A stretch of 64,000 nt of DNA from a bacterium (GTDB lineage: Bacteria; UBA8248). Both the position numbers and the translations under genes were made by a program. Positions within the stretch are counted from its first letter, which is position 1. Every line of letters begins with the position of its first letter. The notes under the pieces were generated by a model that made no database searches, was not told the origin of the DNA, and worked only from the letters and a program-made list of their open reading frames with translations. Where the stretch lies: positions 1,952,001 through 2,016,000 of the forward strand of contig OZ241326.1 in assembly GCA_965199855.1 (NCBI GenBank), given 5' to 3'. This document shows, piece after piece, positions 59,887 through 64,000 of the stretch.

Positions 59887-61209
59887 TTAGTCCGATTCGT
59901 CCGGCGGCGCATCGGGCGGAGGCTCCCGGCTTTCAATCTCCACGCCAAAGAGTTTCTGGACGGATTCCACGGAAATGCCATCCGCGTCCCCCTCGCTCAT
60001 CCGTCGGAGGACGGCGAAGGGGTGGTGGAGGAGCTTGTTCACCAGCGCCTTTGTCATGGCGTCCAAGGCTCCACGCCCGCTCTGCCCAAGTTCGGGCAGG
60101 CGCGGCAGGGTTTTCTCGACTTCGCTTCGGCGCATCGCCTCCGCCAGCGAGCGGATGGCAGCAAGGGTATTCCGGAGGTCTTTCGCCTCCTTGCGGGCGA
60201 GATAGGTCCGAACCTCGCTTTCGATGATGGCGAGCGCGCTTCGGGCAACCTCCTCGCGGCCCCGCAGGTTGTCCGCCACGACGGACTGAAGATCGTCCAA
60301 GTCATAGAGATAGGCGTCTTCCAGGTCGTTCACGTCGGGAGCGACGTTTCGCGGCACGGAGATGTCGATGAGAAAAACGGGCGCGCCGCGGCGCCGTTCG
60401 AGAGCGGCGGCCACGTCCGACTTGTCGAGGACGAAAGCGGGCGCGGCCGTGGAGGCGATGACCACGTCGGCGTCGACGAGCGCTTCGCCCAGACTTCCGA
60501 AGCCCATGGCGCGGCCATCCAGCCTGGCGGCCAGCTCCTGCGCGCGGGCGAGCGTCCTGTTCGCCACGCGGAGGGCGTCGGCCCCGTTCGCCTTGAGATG
60601 CCTCGCCGCCGCCTCCGCCATCTCGCCCGCCCCCAGCAGAAGCACTTTCTTCCCCGAGAGGGAGCCGAAAATCCTTTTGGCCAGATCCACGGCGACGGAA
60701 CTGACCGACACCGGCGTCTCGCCTATCGCGGTCTGCTCGCGAATCTTCTTCGCCACCCGAAACGCGCGGGAGAAAAGCTGCGCGAGCGTCTTTCCGGCGT
60801 GTCCCGACGCGTGGGCGACCCGGTAGGCTTCCTTCACCTGACCGAGAATCTGCGGTTCGCCCACCACCATGGAGTCGAGGCTCGACGCCACGGCGAACAG
60901 ATGCCGCGTGGCCTCGGCCTCGCGGTGAACGTAGAGATGGGCGTCAAGCTCGCGGGCGGCGATGTCGCGCGAGTCCAGGAAAAATCGGTGAATCGCGTCA
61001 AGTCCCCGCTCGAAATCGGCCGCCGCGCTGTAGACCTCCACCCGGTTGCAGGTCGAAAGGATGAGGCGCTCCTCCAGCCCGCGGTAGTCCGCCAGCCGGT
61101 CGAGCCACTCGCCCATGCGCCCCTCGGGGAAATAAAGGCGCTCCCGGACGCTGAGCGGCGTGTTGTGATGACTCACGCCGGCGAGAATGACGGGCATCTC
61201 TCTCCCCAC
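59887..61209 (-). CDS. hemA: Glutamyl-tRNA reductase
   Basis: LSTCNRVE, SLDSMVVGEPQILGQVK, GAGEMA, DISVPRN. Confidence 0.96.
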   Translation of the reverse strand: MGREMPVILAGVSHHNTPLSVRERLYFPEGRMGEWLDRLADYRGLEERLILSTCNRVEVYSAAADFERGLDAIHRFFLDSRDIAARELDAHLYVHREAEATRHLFAVASSLDSMVVGEPQILGQVKEAYRVAHASGHAGKTLAQLFSRAFRVAKKIREQTAIGETPVSVSSVAVDLAKRIFGSLSGKKVLLLGAGEMAEAAARHLKANGADALRVANRTLARAQELAARLDGRAMGFGSLGEALVDADVVIASTAAPAFVLDKSDVAAALERRRGAPVFLIDISVPRNVAPDVNDLEDAYLYDLDDLQSVVADNLRGREEVARSALAIIESEVRTYLARKEAKDLRNTLAAIRSLAEAMRRSEVEKTLPRLPELGQSGRGALDAMTKALVNKLLHHPFAVLRRMSEGDADGISVESVQKLFGVEIESREPPPDAPPDESD

Positions 61210-61212
61210 TCC

Positions 61213-61980
61213 CTAAAGATGGACGACCAGCGCGAGGAGCGCGCCCACGAAGGCCAGCATCGCGACAACGGCGGAGCGCTTTCCCTTCCAGCTTCTGGTG
61301 AGCCGGCAGACGAGCAGGACGCCATACGCGCCCCAGATGAACAGCAGGGGCAAAGTTCGCACCGGGTCGAGGCTCCAGTAGGCGCCGTGGCGCGATTTCG
61401 CCCACATCGAGCCGAGCAACAGGCTCGCTGTGAGGAACGCGAAGCCGAAATAGAGTATCTTGTGGTTCAGGTCGTCCAGAATGTCGAGCGAGGGCAGGCG
61501 GTGCAGCCAGGCGTTCGGCCTTCTCGACTTGAGCTGCCCCGACTGCACGAGATACATGAGCGCCGAGGCGAAGAGAAGGAAGAACGCGGCCGAACTCAGC
61601 AGGGCGAGCACGGCGTGGCCCTTGAGCAGATAGCCTTCCACGGCGCTCGAACCCGCTCCCCAGACGCCCGGAAAGGCGGAGGCGTAGCCCTTGAGGACGA
61701 ACGCGGCCGGCACGGCGAAGCCGCCCAGGGCGATGTCCCGATAGCGCGCATAGACGAGCAGATACATCAGCAGGATCACCCACGCCATGCCGCTCAGCCA
61801 AGGTCCCCAGCCCGGAGGCGCGCCGGAGACGAAACTCGCCCCGAGCATCAGGGTGTGCAGGGTGAAGCCCAGGATCAGCGCGCCCAGCGCGTAGAGGACT
61901 CCGGCGGACCTGCCTGTGCAGAGCAGATACAGATGCGTGAACGCCGAGACGAGATAGCAGCCGATCAGAATGGCGACCAC
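61213..61980 (-). CDS. CcsA/HemX-like cytochrome c assembly membrane protein
   Basis: Multi-TM; RLPSLDILD, GSMWA....YWSLDP (WWD-like); first gene of the hem operon. Confidence 0.8.
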   Translation of the reverse strand: MVAILIGCYLVSAFTHLYLLCTGRSAGVLYALGALILGFTLHTLMLGASFVSGAPPGWGPWLSGMAWVILLMYLLVYARYRDIALGGFAVPAAFVLKGYASAFPGVWGAGSSAVEGYLLKGHAVLALLSSAAFFLLFASALMYLVQSGQLKSRRPNAWLHRLPSLDILDDLNHKILYFGFAFLTASLLLGSMWAKSRHGAYWSLDPVRTLPLLFIWGAYGVLLVCRLTRSWKGKRSAVVAMLAFVGALLALVVHL

Positions 61981-62226
61981 GGGATTTCCCTCTCAGCCCA
62001 AGGAGGCGGCTTCCGGCGCCAAAAGCGCCCGCGCGCGCCCTGCCCTCCGAAAGCGGGGCGCATCATTTAGACCACCATTTTGGGCGTTTTGCAATAATCT
62101 CTCCTCCGAGCGCGTCCGTCCGTCCCCATTCCGAGAGTTTTCCGCGCTTCCGATTGGCGGAAACGTCTAACGCCCACTATACTCGTCAAGCCCGTCCGCC
62201 CTCGATCTCGGGAGTGTCGAGAGACC

Positions 62227-63162
62227 ATGATTCCGCTTCCCGACATCAACCCACCCCTGATCAACGCCAGCGGCATCCTGAGCTACCCGGAAGTTTTCGC
62301 CGCCTTTGAGGAGGCGGGCGCAAGCCTCGGCGGCTACGTTACGAAATCCGTCGGTCCCCGGGAGAAGCCGGGCAACGAGAATCCGGTGGTCGTCTATCCC
62401 CCCGAAGGCGCGGTTCTCAACTCCCTGGCGCTTCCGACGCAGAGCCCCGGGGACTGGGAGCGCGACCTCGAGAAACTCGAGCTGAAAAACGCCAAACTCA
62501 TCGTCTCCATCTACGGCGGCGGCCCCGGGGAATTCGCCGGCGTCGCCTCCCGCATGTCGAGATTCGCCGACGCCATCGAAGTCAACCTGGGATGTCCCAA
62601 CAAGGAGCCGGGCGAGCGCGCGATTATGGAGAGCATCGGCCAGCACCCCGCCCTCTCGGCTCAAGTCATGGAGCGCGTGCGCGGAGAGACGGACAAGCCC
62701 GTCATCGCCAAGCTCTCGCCCAACAGCGACTACCTCGCGGTGGCGGATGCGTGCCTCGAGGCGGGCGCGGACGCTCTGGGCTGCGGAAATACCCTGGGGC
62801 CGGGGCTGGCGGTGGACATCGAGAGCCGGACGGCGATTCTGGCGGGCGTTACGGGCGGCGTCAGCGGCCCCGCGCTCAAGCCCATCAACCTGCGCATGAC
62901 TTACGAGGCCTACGCGCGGTTTTCTTGCCCCGTCGTCGCCTACGGCGGCATCGAAACCTGGGAGGACGCCGTCGAATACGTCCTGGCGGGCGCCTGCGTC
63001 CTCGGAATCGGCACCGCCTTCCTTCAAAAGAGCACGGAGGAGGCCGCTGCCCTCACCCGCGACATCTGGGAGGGCGTGCAAACGCGCCTCTCGGGCGACT
63101 CGATGTCCGCGCTCATCGGCGGCGCGCACCGCTCCGGGAACGGAGTCCGTCCCCATGCGTAG
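62227..63162 (+). CDS. pyrD: Dihydroorotate dehydrogenase family 1 catalytic subunit
   Basis: NASG, TKS, EVNLGCPN, AKLSPN, GGVSGPALKP, IGTA. Confidence 0.9.
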   Translation: MIPLPDINPPLINASGILSYPEVFAAFEEAGASLGGYVTKSVGPREKPGNENPVVVYPPEGAVLNSLALPTQSPGDWERDLEKLELKNAKLIVSIYGGGPGEFAGVASRMSRFADAIEVNLGCPNKEPGERAIMESIGQHPALSAQVMERVRGETDKPVIAKLSPNSDYLAVADACLEAGADALGCGNTLGPGLAVDIESRTAILAGVTGGVSGPALKPINLRMTYEAYARFSCPVVAYGGIETWEDAVEYVLAGACVLGIGTAFLQKSTEEAAALTRDIWEGVQTRLSGDSMSALIGGAHRSGNGVRPHA

Positions 63163-63880
63163 CGTGTTCCGGGTTCTGGAAAACCGCTGGGAGAGCGCAT
63201 GGACGCGCACGATTTTTTTCGATGGGGAGATTTCATCGCAGCCGGGCCAATTCCTGATGGTCTGGCTGCCTGGGTTCGGAGAAAAGCCATTCACGCTCTC
63301 CTATCCGAACGCCATCACCGTGAAGAAAGCCGGCGCGTTCACGGAGCGGCTGACCTTTCTCGAGACGGGAGACCGAATAGGGCTTCGGGGCCCCTTGGGC
63401 AGAGGCTATCCTCCGCTCGAAAGACCCGCCCTGATCGGCGGCGGCGTGGGGATTGCGGAACTGCGCCTGCTCGCCCTCGCCTCCGAATCGCCCTCCTTCG
63501 TTCTCGGCGGGCGGACGGCGGATGAAATTCTCTTCTACGAGGAATTTCGCGAACTCGGCCCCGTCCACGTCGCCACCGAGGACGGCAGTCTGGGGCGAAA
63601 GGGCCTCGTCACCGACCTTCTGCCCGTCAAGGCGGGCAGCTACGCCGTCTGCGGCCCGGAGCGAATGATGGCGGCGTGCCTGCCGAAGCTGCCCGAGGAG
63701 CGAACCTGGCTTGCGATTGAGAGATACATGAAGTGCGCCGTCGGCCTGTGCGGCCAGTGCACCTGTTCCGGCTGGCGCGTATGCACGGACGGCCCCGTGT
63801 TCCCCGCCTCCGACATCGCGCGCATGGCGGACTTCGGAAAGCGCAGGCGCTCCAAAAGCGGACGGTGGGAAGAAATATAG
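63155..63880 (+). CDS. pyrK: Dihydroorotate dehydrogenase electron-transfer subunit
   Basis: PGQFLM, RGPLGRGY, GGGVG, TEDGS.G, CGPE.MM, MKCAVGLCGQC...C.DGPVF. Confidence 0.9.
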   Translation: MRSVFRVLENRWESAWTRTIFFDGEISSQPGQFLMVWLPGFGEKPFTLSYPNAITVKKAGAFTERLTFLETGDRIGLRGPLGRGYPPLERPALIGGGVGIAELRLLALASESPSFVLGGRTADEILFYEEFRELGPVHVATEDGSLGRKGLVTDLLPVKAGSYAVCGPERMMAACLPKLPEERTWLAIERYMKCAVGLCGQCTCSGWRVCTDGPVFPASDIARMADFGKRRRSKSGRWEEI

Positions 63881-64000
63881 ACGGGCGCATCTTTTCAAGA
63901 CGATCCGGCTTCGCCTATAATCGGGCGGCGCAAAGCCATTCTTCTCATCCGCGCGACCTCGTTCGGGAGGGCGGGCCATTCGATTTCGCGTGCTGGGTTG

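Noticed and set aside
56998-61980. ccsA/hemX-hemA-hemC-hemD-hemB cluster as novel
   Set aside because: This is a well-known tetrapyrrole operon arrangement
60022-62070. Long antisense or shadow ORFs (also 4485-6296, 11869-13773, 21853-23952, 36191-38662, 43806-45974)
   Set aside because: High-GC artefacts opposite well-supported genes, with no recognisable motifs

Overview
GC-rich bacterial chromosome segment from a diderm (it encodes type Va autotransporters). The flanks (1-15 kb and 39.8-64 kb) are mostly ordinary metabolism: glnE, pckA, mtaB, coxM/S/D/E-like genes, a GlnR-like regulator with glnA, meaB, beta-oxidation genes, ccsA/hemX-hemACDB and pyrD/pyrK. The middle (about 15.3-39.7 kb, around tRNA-Gly) looks like a surface-variation region with four notable parts. 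(1) Eight intergenic mosaic arrays built from at least 7 different GTAG-footed palindromes plus a CGTC/dRS3-like palindrome, joined by re-used linkers, with visible traces of inversion, loop crossover and module indels. (2) Three tandem promoter+gene+REP cassettes of a DUF1640/CCDC90-type coiled-coil membrane protein that differ mainly in stalk repeat number. (3) Two autotransporters, each bracketed by direct repeats and carrying simple-sequence repeats, one of them a frame-controlling (CCGACTCA)13 tract. (4) A hidden UGA-recoded selenoprotein (DsbA/FrnE family, UPWC motif, with a SECIS-like hairpin) that the ORF track splits in two. No transposase, integrase, RAYT or cas gene is visible in the window. 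All calls come from reading motifs by eye; no database searches were run.
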